From: Methanobacterium sp.
GTDB lineage: Archaea; Methanobacteriota; Methanobacteria; Methanobacteriales; Methanobacteriaceae
NCBI GenBank assembly: GCA_003166335.1
Contig: PMWA01000028.1
Location: forward strand, 21,921-53,115
Length of the DNA stretch: 31,195 nucleotides
Direction of reading: 5' to 3'
Position numbers and translations under genes: made by a program. The notes beneath the pieces are model-generated. The model saw only the letters and a program-made list of their open reading frames with translations. It was not told the DNA's origin and did no database searches. Every line of letters starts with the position of its first letter. The first letter of the stretch is position 1. Shown here piece by piece: positions 1 to 11,070 of the stretch.

Positions 1-1
1 A

Positions 2-70
2 AGCGTGGTTTTACATTTAGCTGCTAATTCAATTGCTTATCTTCTTGGGCTGAAAGATGTTTGGTATTAA
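2..70 (+). CDS. carS: 3' end of CDP-archaeol synthase (CDP-2,3-bis-(O-geranylgeranyl)-sn-glycerol synthase), truncated by the window edge
   Basis: Frame 2 reads SVVLHLAANSIAYLLGLKDVWY*, matching the characteristic CarS C-terminus (LH...N.IAY.LG.K.V.Y). It is followed by a T-rich tract. Confidence 0.75.
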   Translation, partial: SVVLHLAANSIAYLLGLKDVWY

Positions 71-94
71 TCTTATAAAATAATACTATTCACA

Positions 95-122
95 TTTTTT
101 TTATTCGCTCTTTTTATTTTTT
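95..122 (+). terminator. Oligo-T archaeal terminator candidate after carS
   Basis: T8 run followed by further T runs about 25 nt after the stop codon. Confidence 0.4.
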
Positions 123-195
123 AAGAAAATTTTATTTAATATTAAGAACAAATTAAAAACTATAGATACGTGAGTGCTGAAAAGATGGAGTTAGA

Positions 196-2181
196 ATGGC
201 TGAAGCTGATATTTTATTACAGAATTATGCTCAAATTTTGAATTTATCGATAACTTTTCTAGGTATTGTTCTAGCAATATTTTTCACGTTAATTGCCCTT
301 CCTCTGCAAAATATATTGGGTAAGTATTCACAGGATTTAGTTAACCGTGTAAACAGGGATAAGTGGTTAATTTTCTGTTTTTTATTTTTCATTATCTTAT
401 TTGGATATGATTTTTCATTATTAATATTGCCTAAATTACCTATTCTAATTTCAGTCAGCTTTCTTGGTGGTTTAATTTCTTTAATGGTGTTTGCTTTACT
501 TGTAACTAGAGTTTTTTATCTTTTAGATGTAAGAAACCAAATTAAAGACATAGCTAAAAAGATTATAAAAGAAATTCAGGGTAAGAGGATTAAAATCCGT
601 ATATTTCAAGTTGATCCTAATCTTATTGATAAATTAAAGAATGAAACTGAAATTATTTTTGATATTATACAAAAAGCAATACATGAAGATAGGTTTGAGA
701 TTGTTGATTTTGGTTTTAAAAAGGTTGTAGAAATAGTTAATAATTTCATTTGTGTTAAAAGTGATAATTTAGCCCGTGAATATGAAGATTCATTTTTAGA
801 TCATATTTTTGACCGTTTAATTGACACTGAAAATTTTGTATCAAAAAATAATCATCCTAAAATAATGAATTCTATAGTGGATTCTATTGGAAGTGTAACT
901 CAGGAAATTTTACGTACGGAAACTACAGATCCGTATATAATTAATCAACGGGGACCATTAAGCTCTTTAACAATAGCATTGATAGAATCATTGAAAAATA
1001 TATGTATTGGACCAGAAATTGAAAGGAAAACTTCTTATGCATCGAGTAATGCTTGTGATCAACTTATTGAAATTGGAAAAGTGTCGATTGATCATAAATA
1101 TCCTTATAGGGCTGTGGATGTAGTTAAAGAACTAGGTGAAATTAGTAAAAAAACAACTGAAATGAATTTTTATCGGGGTAATCGTTTATCACAATCATCT
1201 AATCAGGGGATTGCTTATTTATTAGATTACTCACTATTGAATTTAGATAGAATTGAAATTGACAAAGAATATATTTTAACGAGCATTAAAGATGAATTAA
1301 CTAATATAATTAAGGATTATTTTGGGAATAAATCTATAAATTTAGTTTCCAATCCCGAGAATATAAAACCTATTATTCATCCGATGGCTAATTATAGTAT
1401 TGCAGTGATTTATCTTAAGGCAATTAAACGAATCATGGAAGATAATGAAGATTCTAAGATTATCGCGAAATTTATGGATAAATTTTTGGATGACATAAGT
1501 CAACTCATTAAATTAGGATTGATTGAAGAGAGATATTTTGATGTTAAAGATTTTTCAGATAGTATTTATATAACTGGTTTTAATTTAATTAAAAGCTATT
1601 ATGAATCTCGTGATGAGTTATTGAAAGAAAAACTATACGATACTCTCCAAAATTCATATATGCCGATTTCAACGTCTTTAGAATTAAATAATAATATTAT
1701 TCCATTTATTGATTATTTAGATAATTATTCCTCTCTTTTAGGGTTAATGTTCTTCAATAATAGAGAATTTAATGTGTTCGGAGAAATAATTGAAAATGGA
1801 ATTAAATTAATTATGGATTCAGAGGGTGTATATAATTGTAAGGAAATGCATCCTTATCTCAGATTAATAGGTCTTTGGGTCTTTAAATGGATGCCAGACT
1901 TGGAATTCCTTAATTATATCAAAAAATTTTTGAAGAACGAAATTGAACCTGTTTCAGATGATAAAAACACACTTGAATCTCAGGATGATGGGGAAAAAGA
2001 ATTATATCAAAAATTATATCCTAAATCAGTTAAGGGTTATTGGAATTTAAAAACACCATTTGAGAATGAGAATGCATTAATTAAGCCCTTCAATAATATT
2101 GAGAAGGAATTAGTTGAGGTTAATAAAATAATCTTTAATTCAGAAGATATAATTAAATTTGAAGAATTCCTTAATAAATAA
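196..2181 (+). CDS. Hypothetical membrane protein: about 3 N-terminal TM helices (DUF2254-like) plus a large helical cytoplasmic region
   Basis: 661-aa ORF with GGAG SD before the ATG. Hydrophobic segments at aa ~15-38, ~58-80 and ~83-108. The pattern 'LQNILGKYSQDLV' resembles the DUF2254 'a..qYSp.l' segment. Very AT-rich. Confidence 0.6.
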   Translation: MAEADILLQNYAQILNLSITFLGIVLAIFFTLIALPLQNILGKYSQDLVNRVNRDKWLIFCFLFFIILFGYDFSLLILPKLPILISVSFLGGLISLMVFALLVTRVFYLLDVRNQIKDIAKKIIKEIQGKRIKIRIFQVDPNLIDKLKNETEIIFDIIQKAIHEDRFEIVDFGFKKVVEIVNNFICVKSDNLAREYEDSFLDHIFDRLIDTENFVSKNNHPKIMNSIVDSIGSVTQEILRTETTDPYIINQRGPLSSLTIALIESLKNICIGPEIERKTSYASSNACDQLIEIGKVSIDHKYPYRAVDVVKELGEISKKTTEMNFYRGNRLSQSSNQGIAYLLDYSLLNLDRIEIDKEYILTSIKDELTNIIKDYFGNKSINLVSNPENIKPIIHPMANYSIAVIYLKAIKRIMEDNEDSKIIAKFMDKFLDDISQLIKLGLIEERYFDVKDFSDSIYITGFNLIKSYYESRDELLKEKLYDTLQNSYMPISTSLELNNNIIPFIDYLDNYSSLLGLMFFNNREFNVFGEIIENGIKLIMDSEGVYNCKEMHPYLRLIGLWVFKWMPDLEFLNYIKKFLKNEIEPVSDDKNTLESQDDGEKELYQKLYPKSVKGYWNLKTPFENENALIKPFNNIEKELVEVNKIIFNSEDIIKFEEFLNK

Positions 2182-2182
2182 T

Positions 2183-3211
2183 TTAATTAAGTGACCTTAA
2201 ACACTCCTCCATTAAAACCGCAGTACCCACCGCTGGAGCCACCACACACTCTTCTTTACTAATTAATTTATCCATACTTATCCATGGAATATCAGCCAAT
2301 TCACTAGCGGCAGCACCGATTACATTCATTCCCAATCCTGTTGTTACCACATTAAATATTTCATTCATCATTGAAACCTCCTCTAAAGCTTCAGAAACCT
2401 GTTCCACCTGTTTTTCAATTATAAACTCGGATATGTCCATTATATCTTTAGTGCTTAGATTATCTAGATCACTACAGATAACCCTAGAAATTCGTCTCAT
2501 ACAATCATTACGAGATTTACTTGCGCCATCTGGTGTTTCACAATTGTAATCATTCTTTGTTATATTTCCAAGTAAAAGATGTGCATCTGCACTTATAGCG
2601 AAGAGTTCTGAAGCCACTCGCACCCAACCATTAGTTAAGGGTACTTTATTCACTATAGTTGCTACATTAGTTCTTAAAGTGCCCGTGTACGCTAATTCTC
2701 CAGTTTGCAATCTTTGGAGATCTGATCTACCTCTAGCACATTCTAGTCCATTCCTTAACGGTATAATATCCGTAGTAGTGCTTCCAGTATCAATCATAAT
2801 ACAATTTGGATTTATTTTAGCTACAAGACGTGAAGTAGCTATCCAGTTAGCTGCAGCCACCTGAGAAGGATTCATTGTTAACTGATTATAATCTATTAAT
2901 CCTTTCAATCCCACGAAACCTATTGGAAGATTTAAAGTATCCATTACTTTATCAGCAATATCCAAGACACCTTCACTTTTAGTTTGGTAGGCATCCACTA
3001 ACTCTGCAGTCATACATACACCCACAGCCTGAATATCACTCATTTCTGATCCTAAGAGATTAATGAGAACCTGTGATAATTCTTCTTTATCCTTCCACAT
3101 GGGTAGATATTCAAAACCTGTTTTAATATCAATTATATATCCATTTTCATCAAAATCAACCACTGCCAAGTCAGTGTTAGCTCCTCCAATATCAAATCCA
3201 GCAATCTTCAT
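2183..3211 (-). CDS. mfnF: Hydantoinase/oxoprolinase-family methanofuran biosynthesis protein MfnF
   Basis: Motifs [34 protein letters not shown] and [11 protein letters not shown] are typical of the H4MPT/methanofuran-linked family. Coupled to mfnD by an ATGA overlap at 3208-3211. Confidence 0.85.
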   Translation of the reverse strand: MKIAGFDIGGANTDLAVVDFDENGYIIDIKTGFEYLPMWKDKEELSQVLINLLGSEMSDIQAVGVCMTAELVDAYQTKSEGVLDIADKVMDTLNLPIGFVGLKGLIDYNQLTMNPSQVAAANWIATSRLVAKINPNCIMIDTGSTTTDIIPLRNGLECARGRSDLQRLQTGELAYTGTLRTNVATIVNKVPLTNGWVRVASELFAISADAHLLLGNITKNDYNCETPDGASKSRNDCMRRISRVICSDLDNLSTKDIMDISEFIIEKQVEQVSEALEEVSMMNEIFNVVTTGLGMNVIGAAASELADIPWISMDKLISKEECVVAPAVGTAVLMEECLRSLN

Positions 3212-4248
3212 TTCATCACATCATTTATCATTAAATTATTCTCTTGTTTATGAAAAGTTACAGCACCGTTTAATACAACTTTAAGGGGTAATTCATCATA
3301 AGCTGATTTAATTATGGCATCCCCTAAATTAAAGTTTAATAATCGTCTTAAAGCTACATAAGGAGTGGTTAATCTAGGATTTAATTCAATGATAATGACT
3401 TCACCATTCTTATCATTCAATAAGAGATCCACCCCTACATAACCTTTTAAACCATCCAATAAATCAACCGCCTTTTTTGCAATTTTTATAGCTTTAACGG
3501 ATAAATCATGTTCAAATGGTATTTCCCCACCATTATAAATTAGATTACCGTTATCTAAACTTAAATCTTGCAGATTACAGCTTAATGGAACACTAGTTTT
3601 TCCATCAGTTAAAAGACTCACACTAATACTGATACCATCTATAAAATCTTGTAATAAAAAATAGGGTAATTTAGTTAACCTTTTCATACGTGCGGAAGCT
3701 TTAATAAAATCTGCATAAGACCTGATTATTTTAACTCCATTACAGGAAACACCATCCGCTGGTTTAACCACTGATTCTTTTCTAGTGGTGAAAAATGATT
3801 TATAATTTTTTAATTCACTGAAAAAAATTTTTTCACATTTAATGAATGGTACTTTATTCTTTAAAGCAGTATAAGTTTGAAATTTATCAGAACACTTCAA
3901 TACTGCATCTGAATTGGAACCTATAACCTTAACATTATTATCCTCAATAATTTTGGTTAGATTATAAGATGTGAAATCTTCCTCAGGTGCTAAGGGTAAA
4001 CAAGCATCATAATTAACAATATTTTCATCTAACCATAACGATAGATTATTCTTAATTTTGATAGGATTACATTCATTTTCATCAAGGATTTTATCATTAT
4101 TATTATCGGAGTTTTCAGAAATTAAATAATCCACATCATAACCATTCAAATCTTCTAACAATCCTTCCAACATGCACTGACCTTCCAGAGTCAATACAGG
4201 GTTATTTAATCCGTTGGCAACTGCAAACTCAAATACCAGTAATTTCAA
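3208..4248 (-). CDS. mfnD: ATP-grasp protein, tyramine--L-glutamate ligase MfnD
   Basis: N-terminal LLVFEFA...[26 protein letters not shown] and [11 protein letters not shown]. Likely start is TTG at 4248 behind a GAGGT SD, not 4296. Adjacent to mfnF. Confidence 0.82.
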   Translation of the reverse strand: MKLLVFEFAVANGLNNPVLTLEGQCMLEGLLEDLNGYDVDYLISENSDNNNDKILDENECNPIKIKNNLSLWLDENIVNYDACLPLAPEEDFTSYNLTKIIEDNNVKVIGSNSDAVLKCSDKFQTYTALKNKVPFIKCEKIFFSELKNYKSFFTTRKESVVKPADGVSCNGVKIIRSYADFIKASARMKRLTKLPYFLLQDFIDGISISVSLLTDGKTSVPLSCNLQDLSLDNGNLIYNGGEIPFEHDLSVKAIKIAKKAVDLLDGLKGYVGVDLLLNDKNGEVIIIELNPRLTTPYVALRRLLNFNLGDAIIKSAYDELPLKVVLNGAVTFHKQENNLMINDVMK

Positions 4249-4598
4249 GATATTTTCAACCTCTTTAAATATAACTCTTAATTTTAAAGTCCTCAATATT
4301 TAATAATATTCGAGTACATAAAGCACTCTGCAGCAGGGATTCATTAATTCTGCTAGAAATCTTAATAAATAAAATTTTTAGATCGTTTATACTCGGTTTC
4401 ATAATAGTTGATCTCCAGAATTCATGTATTCTACGTAATTAAACCATTTTTTTTGGAGAAAAAACTACTTTAGAAAGACCCATATTACTAAACCAAAAAA
4501 TGAAATCAATGAATCTTTGAACAGTTTTCAAGTTAAACCTTTAAATTTAATAAAATTTTTTTTAATAATTCATAACTTAAAAAAAAAATAGGGTTGAT

Positions 4599-5921
4599 TT
4601 AAGAAATTTTAGAGTTGAATCGATCTATAATTACAGTTTTATTTTTTAATGAAAGTAAGGGATGCGGATATTTTACCTCGTCCGCATCAAAAACAATTCT
4701 TATTAGTGAATTATTATTATTAGTTTCATATTCAGATACATTAATGTTTTCATCGATTTTTTGAAGATACCAACCATCATGACTTATAAATTCTTCTGAA
4801 GGTTTTATTATCAGTTTTCTATCATTATATGATTTCAAGATGATTTCTACAATTTTTTCTGAAGTTTCACCGCTGCCATAAGGATTAGGGGCATTAATCA
4901 TCTTTTGATAAAGCTGAGTGTCACTAATTATCCTCTTTACATTATCAACAATAACTTTTTTTGTTGTGCCCACTAATATATTACCACCGGCAGTCACAGT
5001 CTCCGGTCTTTCCGTATTATATCTAAGCGTTATGCAAGGAAGATTAAGAGTAATGGCTTCTTCCTGTATTCCTCCAGAGTCCGTCAACACCAGTTTTGAA
5101 TGGGATAACAGAAGCAGGAAATCAAGATAACCCACCGGATTTATCATCTGAATATGCTTAGCCTCCTCCAAGGAATCATAGAAGCCAAATTTCACGAGAT
5201 TTTTCCGGGTTCTAGGATGTACTGGAAAAATTATAGTAACTTCATTTAATTCCAGCAGAGCATCGGTAATGTTTTTAAGTCGTTTTGGATCGTCAACATT
5301 CTCTGCACGATGTATGGTGAGAGTTAGAATATTTTCTCCTAAATCAAGTTTAGAAACTAGGTTTGAATTTTTTTCTGCGATTTTAAGGTTTCTCAGACAT
5401 GCGTCAACTATTGTATTGCCCGTTATGTGAATATTATGAGGATTGATACCTTCAAAGATGAGGTTTATGGCTGATTCTTCAGTGGGTACGAAAAATAAGT
5501 TAGAGCAAGCATCAGCTATCATTCTATTAATCTCTTCAGGCATGGTTTTGTCAAAGGATCTAAGCCCTGCTTCAACATGACCTAATGGTAAATGTAATTT
5601 AGAGGAGGCAATTGCACCAGCCATAACTGCATTAGTATCACCTTCTACTAAAATAATATCAGGGGTTTCATTTAATAAGATTTTTTCAATGCCCTCCAAC
5701 ATAACTGCTGTTTGTTTTCCCTGGGTTGTGGATCCAACTCCTATATTGTAATCTGGTTGAGAAAGCTCTAGATCCGTGAAGAATTGCTGAGACATTTCCT
5801 GATCATAGTGTTGACCAGTATGGATTAGAATATAATTCACGCCTTTCTTTTTAACTTCATCAATTAATGGTGACATTTTGATTATTTCAGGCCTAGTTCC
5901 AACTATAAAAGCTATTTTCAT
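4599..5921 (-). CDS. wecB: UDP-N-acetylglucosamine 2-epimerase (non-hydrolysing)
   Basis: Motifs [49 protein letters not shown] and TERPE. Has a C-terminal extension of about 70 aa. Confidence 0.95.
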   Translation of the reverse strand: MKIAFIVGTRPEIIKMSPLIDEVKKKGVNYILIHTGQHYDQEMSQQFFTDLELSQPDYNIGVGSTTQGKQTAVMLEGIEKILLNETPDIILVEGDTNAVMAGAIASSKLHLPLGHVEAGLRSFDKTMPEEINRMIADACSNLFFVPTEESAINLIFEGINPHNIHITGNTIVDACLRNLKIAEKNSNLVSKLDLGENILTLTIHRAENVDDPKRLKNITDALLELNEVTIIFPVHPRTRKNLVKFGFYDSLEEAKHIQMINPVGYLDFLLLLSHSKLVLTDSGGIQEEAITLNLPCITLRYNTERPETVTAGGNILVGTTKKVIVDNVKRIISDTQLYQKMINAPNPYGSGETSEKIVEIILKSYNDRKLIIKPSEEFISHDGWYLQKIDENINVSEYETNNNNSLIRIVFDADEVKYPHPLLSLKNKTVIIDRFNSKIS

Positions 5922-6058
5922 AAAAATAGAACTCCTAAAGGTATTTTCATAAAACTTGAATTTTTATCAAATAAGTTCCGACTTATTCATATATATAATA
6001 TTATTAACATTTATTAAAATATTAGATGAAAAATAGGTTTTTTAAAATTTAATTTTTT

Positions 6059-7489
6059 TTATGGATTAGCTAATCGTTTTCTTTTAGCCCGGTATTCATA
6101 AATAACATTTAAAATTTCTTGGGTATTCTCTTTATGCATTTTACTTTCTATTTTAGCTTTCCATTTACCTAATTCAATCTGCAGATTTTTATTATTGACA
6201 ATAGCGAATTGATCAATTATTTTTAAATCAAGTTGATCAGCCTTAAGTAATGGGACCATATTCCGCTCAAATTCTTCTTCAGCATTATGAGAAACGTTCT
6301 CAATAATCAAAACAGCCTTCACACCCATACTTATTAGCTGAGAAGCTGTTTGAGAACCTCCTCCTTCAGAATTTTTAAGAAGTACTAGATCATCATTTTT
6401 TATCTTCCAATATTCACAGGCATTTAATATACCCTCTCTAGTAAAAGTTTCAATGATTTTAATTGGAATAACATTTTCCGATGAATCTATCGTCTCTATA
6501 CTTCCCATTGATTTCAGGTTATCCTCTAATTCCAATCTCAATGTTTTCTCTTGATTATATTTAACCTGCAGTTTCTTTATAAGTGAAAGTTTAGATGCCA
6601 TCTCCTTTTTATATAATATATCATTAGTGTACTGATAATGTAATTTATCGATTTTATGATGAAGTTTTTCTAAATCACTTTTATATCCCTTAATTTCTCC
6701 CTTAAGAACATTATTTTTGGTTTTCAAATTTCTAATCTGTCTTTCTTGAGTCTTAATTTTCTGTTTGAATTTAGAAATCATGTTAGATGATGGATGAAGT
6801 GTTAAAGATTCTTTTTTAGAATTAATATTACAAGTTTTACTAATAGATTCTTTATTACTTTGGTTATTCTCATCGGGATTAAGATTCATCTCCACCATAT
6901 TTTGAATTGCAGAGCTTATGGCTTTTCCTTCTATAAACATGATTTTAATTTCTTCTATTTGTTCAGTAGGCAGACCTGCATTTCGACTGCGATTTTCAGC
7001 TAATATCAATTTTGATTGATATTTTTTATATGTTAGAATAGCCGCGGCCAATGCGTCTCTTTCATGAGCATTTTGAGGTAATTTCTCGGTTATTATAACC
7101 TTGGATCTCTCAAGAGAAGGTTTCTCACCTATATATGATTCAACCAGTTCAATCTTAGAACCTACTGACATGTCTTTATCAGGGTGATGTATCTTTGCAT
7201 TTAAAGTGGATGCTAATTTTTTAACCATTTTAGGAGGTGGGTATACATCTGTAGAAATCAAAACAGTTTTTCCGTAACTTATAATATAATTTATAATTTC
7301 TGCCCGGGATATTTCCTTAAAACTCTTTATAGAAATTATTTTTCCTTGAAGATCCATGATGGCGATTCCTGCAGTCAAGCCTGGATCAAATCCTACTATA
7401 ATTCCCTTATTTTTTTTCGGGTTTCTAGATTTAAGGGGCAGATTTGAAGTTTTACTTTCTTGTAAATTATTTATATTTCTATATACCAG
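6059..7489 (-). CDS. DUF460 domain protein (RNase H-like N-terminal domain plus coiled coil), probable CTG start
   Basis: The frame is open upstream of 7378 and encodes the conserved GIIVGFDPGLTAGIA strand. Also N.HERDALAAA, a long coiled coil and C-terminal EYRAKR. AGGAGG SD at 7502-7497 lies 7 nt before a CTG at 7489. Confidence 0.8.
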   Translation of the reverse strand: MVYRNINNLQESKTSNLPLKSRNPKKNKGIIVGFDPGLTAGIAIMDLQGKIISIKSFKEISRAEIINYIISYGKTVLISTDVYPPPKMVKKLASTLNAKIHHPDKDMSVGSKIELVESYIGEKPSLERSKVIITEKLPQNAHERDALAAAILTYKKYQSKLILAENRSRNAGLPTEQIEEIKIMFIEGKAISSAIQNMVEMNLNPDENNQSNKESISKTCNINSKKESLTLHPSSNMISKFKQKIKTQERQIRNLKTKNNVLKGEIKGYKSDLEKLHHKIDKLHYQYTNDILYKKEMASKLSLIKKLQVKYNQEKTLRLELEDNLKSMGSIETIDSSENVIPIKIIETFTREGILNACEYWKIKNDDLVLLKNSEGGGSQTASQLISMGVKAVLIIENVSHNAEEEFERNMVPLLKADQLDLKIIDQFAIVNNKNLQIELGKWKAKIESKMHKENTQEILNVIYEYRAKRKRLANP

Positions 7490-7622
7490 CTAATTTCCTC
7501 CTAAAAAAACCGTTTTGTTAATATTATAAATATAAATTTTTATGTAATCTTAGTTTATATTTTTTTATATTTCATTCCCCTAATTTTATATTATTAAATC
7601 TATTATTTTATTTAATTTATAT

Positions 7623-8444
7623 TTATCTACTCATTAAGCTTTTAATCATTTCTTTCTCAGATAAAGCAATGTTTTGTTGATATAAGTACTCCTTTCGCAG
7701 TGTAGATAAAAATTTATTTTTTGCATAAGCATCCTCCTGGAATACTATACCATTATAATTAACATCCATCAGAATAAGTCCTTCAGGAGGTGCTGGTTTT
7801 ATTAAAAAATCTTTTTCCGGATCTAAATATTCATAAATATTATTTGGCTCTAATTGACCTTTAAATACATTTAAAAGTACGGTTACCATTTTTCTAATCA
7901 TATTCCACAAAAAACTTTCACCAATCACATCCAAATGAATTGCATTACCCTCATTGATAACTTGAATCTCAAGCATAGTTCTCACAGGATTTCTTTCACT
8001 TCTTTTAGAAAAATTCAGGAAGTTATGAGTGCCTTTAAAAATCATAGCAGCATCAATCATTTTATCTAAATTAAAATTATTAGAATCAACTTCATCTTCA
8101 TTTATCATTAGATAACGGTAGTGCCTGCTTTTAGCATACCTTGTTTTAAAATGTAGAGGCACCTTCGCCTGGGCTAAAATATTTATACTATTAGGTAAAA
8201 CGTCATTAATTTGATTAATAATTACCTCACCTTCTGTAAAGAAGGATACTACATTTCCCAGTGCATGCACTCCACGATCTGTTCGTCCAGCAATTCCAAA
8301 CCCGCATTCACTAATTTCATTTATTAAACCAATCTTTTTTAAAGCTGATAGTAATTCCCCTTCCACAGTGATTAAACCTGGTTGTCTCTGGAAGCCGTAA
8401 AAATCTGTGCCAATATAAGCAACCTTTAAAGCAACTCTTCTCAT
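7623..8444 (-). CDS. truA: tRNA pseudouridine(38-40) synthase TruA
   Basis: Motifs AYIGTDFYGFQRQP, catalytic AGRTDRGVHA, GTHNF, SFLWNMIRKMV and PAPPEGLIL. AGGTG SD. Confidence 0.95.
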   Translation of the reverse strand: MRRVALKVAYIGTDFYGFQRQPGLITVEGELLSALKKIGLINEISECGFGIAGRTDRGVHALGNVVSFFTEGEVIINQINDVLPNSINILAQAKVPLHFKTRYAKSRHYRYLMINEDEVDSNNFNLDKMIDAAMIFKGTHNFLNFSKRSERNPVRTMLEIQVINEGNAIHLDVIGESFLWNMIRKMVTVLLNVFKGQLEPNNIYEYLDPEKDFLIKPAPPEGLILMDVNYNGIVFQEDAYAKNKFLSTLRKEYLYQQNIALSEKEMIKSLMSR

Positions 8445-8647
8445 ATTAAAAATTCACCTTTCGTAAGAAATTAAATTTTATAAATTATTTTTTTTTATAC
8501 TTAGATAAAGGGTATAGAAAAAATGATTCCTTTTGTTTCATTTACGCAAATAGAATTATTATAAGTTTCAGTGATTATACTTATTATACTAAAAAAATAT
8601 TGTACTTTATATATTTATATATTTTAAATTCGGTGGGAATTTAGAAA

Positions 8648-9571
8648 ATGCGTCGTTTTTGGGGATATCTAAGTGTAATAATAGCTACTATGCTATTTGG
8701 GTTATGGAACACTTTCAGTAAGATTTTACTTAACTATCTAAATCCTCTCACATTATCAGCAATGGTATACACTATTGCCGGTGTATTCCTGTTTTTAGTC
8801 TACTTTTCTCCGTTAAATGAGAAAATAATATCAAAGTTGGATAATAATTCCCAGTCCGAATCATTCATCACCCGGAAAGAATATGGCATATTAATCATTA
8901 CAGCTATTTTAGGAGCATTTCTAGCTCCTTTCATCTATTTAAATGGATTAAATCAAATAACTGCAGTTAACGCTTCATTACTTATGAACGTGGAAATACT
9001 TTTTGTAGTGATTATAGGTATATTTTTTCTTAAAGAACGGTTCGTAAAAGCAGATATATTAGGATTCCTCTTCATAATAACAGGAACGATTTTTTTAGCA
9101 ACTAATGGACAAATCACTAACTTTTCACCCGGCCAAGTAATAGGTACTCTACTTATAGTCTCAGCTGCCTTCTTATGGAGCATTGACACTAGTTTAAGCA
9201 AATTTATAAGTAAAAAACGCGAACTTTTATTAGTCAGTGCAATTAAATGTTCTATAGGTGGATTCTCCCTTCTATTCCTATCCCTAATTTTTGGGCAAAG
9301 CTTCGCTCTACCCCTGAATAAATTACCCTATCTACTATTTATTGGTCTTATAATCGTTGGATTTTCATTCGTCCTTGTTTACTTCGCCATAAAAAAAATC
9401 GGCTCCACCCGAACCGGATCTCTCTTCTCGCTTGCATCTTTATTTGGAGCAATATTCGCATTTCTTATTTTAGGAGAATCATTCACATTCACTCAACTGT
9501 TCTTCGGCTTTTTAATGTTATTAGGGGTTTACGTATTTTATATAAATGAGAGTAACTATGATGCTGCCTGA
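8648..9571 (+). CDS. DMT/EamA family transporter
   Basis: About 10 TM helices in two EamA repeats. Motifs GL..I.A.NASLL, FFLKERF and A.LILGE. Confidence 0.9.
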   Translation: MRRFWGYLSVIIATMLFGLWNTFSKILLNYLNPLTLSAMVYTIAGVFLFLVYFSPLNEKIISKLDNNSQSESFITRKEYGILIITAILGAFLAPFIYLNGLNQITAVNASLLMNVEILFVVIIGIFFLKERFVKADILGFLFIITGTIFLATNGQITNFSPGQVIGTLLIVSAAFLWSIDTSLSKFISKKRELLLVSAIKCSIGGFSLLFLSLIFGQSFALPLNKLPYLLFIGLIIVGFSFVLVYFAIKKIGSTRTGSLFSLASLFGAIFAFLILGESFTFTQLFFGFLMLLGVYVFYINESNYDAA

Positions 9572-10096
9572 ATTTAATAAAAGAATAGAATTAAATAAAC
9601 CATATTTTTCAAGAAATTATGAGATTAAAAATCGTTGTCAGAGACATGAAATAAGGAGAAAAACATTGCAAGAGGAGTTAAAAAATGAATTTCCATATAA
9701 AATGGTTTTTTATTTCTGGATCATTCGAGAATGACTGTTCAATTTATAAAACAAATTTCTAAATAAATTATTAATGATCATTTAAGTGAACTATAAAGAT
9801 CCAATCCACTCATTTTACTTAAAATACTTTTACGTGCCAAAAAGGTGAATAAAATCATTTTATTGTTTAATTTTTCTTGACTTCATAGACTTCTTAAGAC
9901 AAAGTTTTGGGTTCCGGTGGAGTGTTTGAGGAATCTCATAATAATGGCTTCCTTAATTTTTTATAAGTAATACGAGAATTAAATAATACTATTTTTCAGG
10001 GTTATGGACTTCATTATTAGATGATGTGTTAAAATATGATAAAGTAAAGAATTATAGTGATAATTAAAAATATGTAAATTTTGTGGATTAAAGATA

Positions 10097-10966
10097 ATGG
10101 ATAATGATAATAATAGGGAAGAACAAGGAGATAAAGCTGTCAAACTTGGCATCATAGGGAATGTTATCCTCACAGTTTTAAATCTGATAGTAGGGATCAT
10201 ATCAGGCAGTACAGCTTTAACAGCAGAAGCTGCAGATAATTTTGGAGATATGATATCCAGTTTAATAGGATTCTTAGCTTTTCACTTCGCCTTAAAACCT
10301 GCTGATAAGGAACATCCTTATGGTCATGGACGTATAGAACCATTAGTTGGTTTATTAATATCTTTTACTCTTTTTTTTATTGCTTATCAAATATTTCAAG
10401 AAGCATATTTTAAGTTTCTGATGCATAGTTCATTGACAGCTCCAGATTGGATTGCTGCAATTATGGCACTCATAGCACTTTTCATAAACCTTTATATGGC
10501 TTATTATTTACTGAAAACTGGTAAGAAAATAAATAGTCAAGTAATTTCGGCGACAGGAAATCAGAAGAAAATAGATGTATTTGCCTGTATCGCTGTCTTC
10601 GGTGGAGTAATCGGATCACAATTAGGTTATCCCATCTTAGACCCTATATTAGCGGTTATAATAGCATTACTTGTTACGAAAACTGCTATTGAAATGGCTA
10701 TAGATAATGTGAAAAATATTATGGGCGAATTCCCCAAGGGAATGGATGATGAGATAAGGAACGTTGTGTTTGATATAAAAGGGGTTAAATTTGTACGTAA
10801 CATTAAAATAAATACTGTAGGCCCATATTACAGTGTTGAATTAGAAGTCTGTCTGGACGATAAAATGGATTTTAATGTGTATGAAATATCCGATCAAGTT
10901 GAAAAAATAGTGATAAAATCTATTGAACTTGTAAATAGTGTAAGTGTACATGTTAGTCAGATTTAA
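10097..10966 (+). CDS. Cation diffusion facilitator (CDF, FieF/YiiP-like) transporter
   Basis: Motifs SGSTALTAEAADNFGD, KPADKEHPYGHGRIE and ILDPILA. C-terminal dimerisation domain ending VSVHV. Confidence 0.9.
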   Translation: MDNDNNREEQGDKAVKLGIIGNVILTVLNLIVGIISGSTALTAEAADNFGDMISSLIGFLAFHFALKPADKEHPYGHGRIEPLVGLLISFTLFFIAYQIFQEAYFKFLMHSSLTAPDWIAAIMALIALFINLYMAYYLLKTGKKINSQVISATGNQKKIDVFACIAVFGGVIGSQLGYPILDPILAVIIALLVTKTAIEMAIDNVKNIMGEFPKGMDDEIRNVVFDIKGVKFVRNIKINTVGPYYSVELEVCLDDKMDFNVYEISDQVEKIVIKSIELVNSVSVHVSQI

Positions 10967-11070
10967 GAGGAATAATAAAAAATATAAAAAAAGAAAATGA
11001 TTGTTTAAAGCATAAATTTAAACTCAATAAATAAACAAGATGAATCAGAGATCTATTTCGGAGGGTTGAA

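Noticed and set aside
4300..4500. Possible 45-aa minus-strand ORF (MKPSINDL...) or hairpin between mfnD and wecB
   Set aside because: No SD, no motif and a weak stem.
9546..9734. 62-aa ORF after the EamA gene (AAGGAG before an internal TTG)
   Set aside because: No recognisable family, and it overlaps the EamA stop. It could be a relic, but this cannot be supported.
9900..9955. GC-richer patch with weak hairpin GGGTTCC...GGAATCT
   Set aside because: The stem relies on G-U pairs, with no RNA family motif and no convincing ORF.
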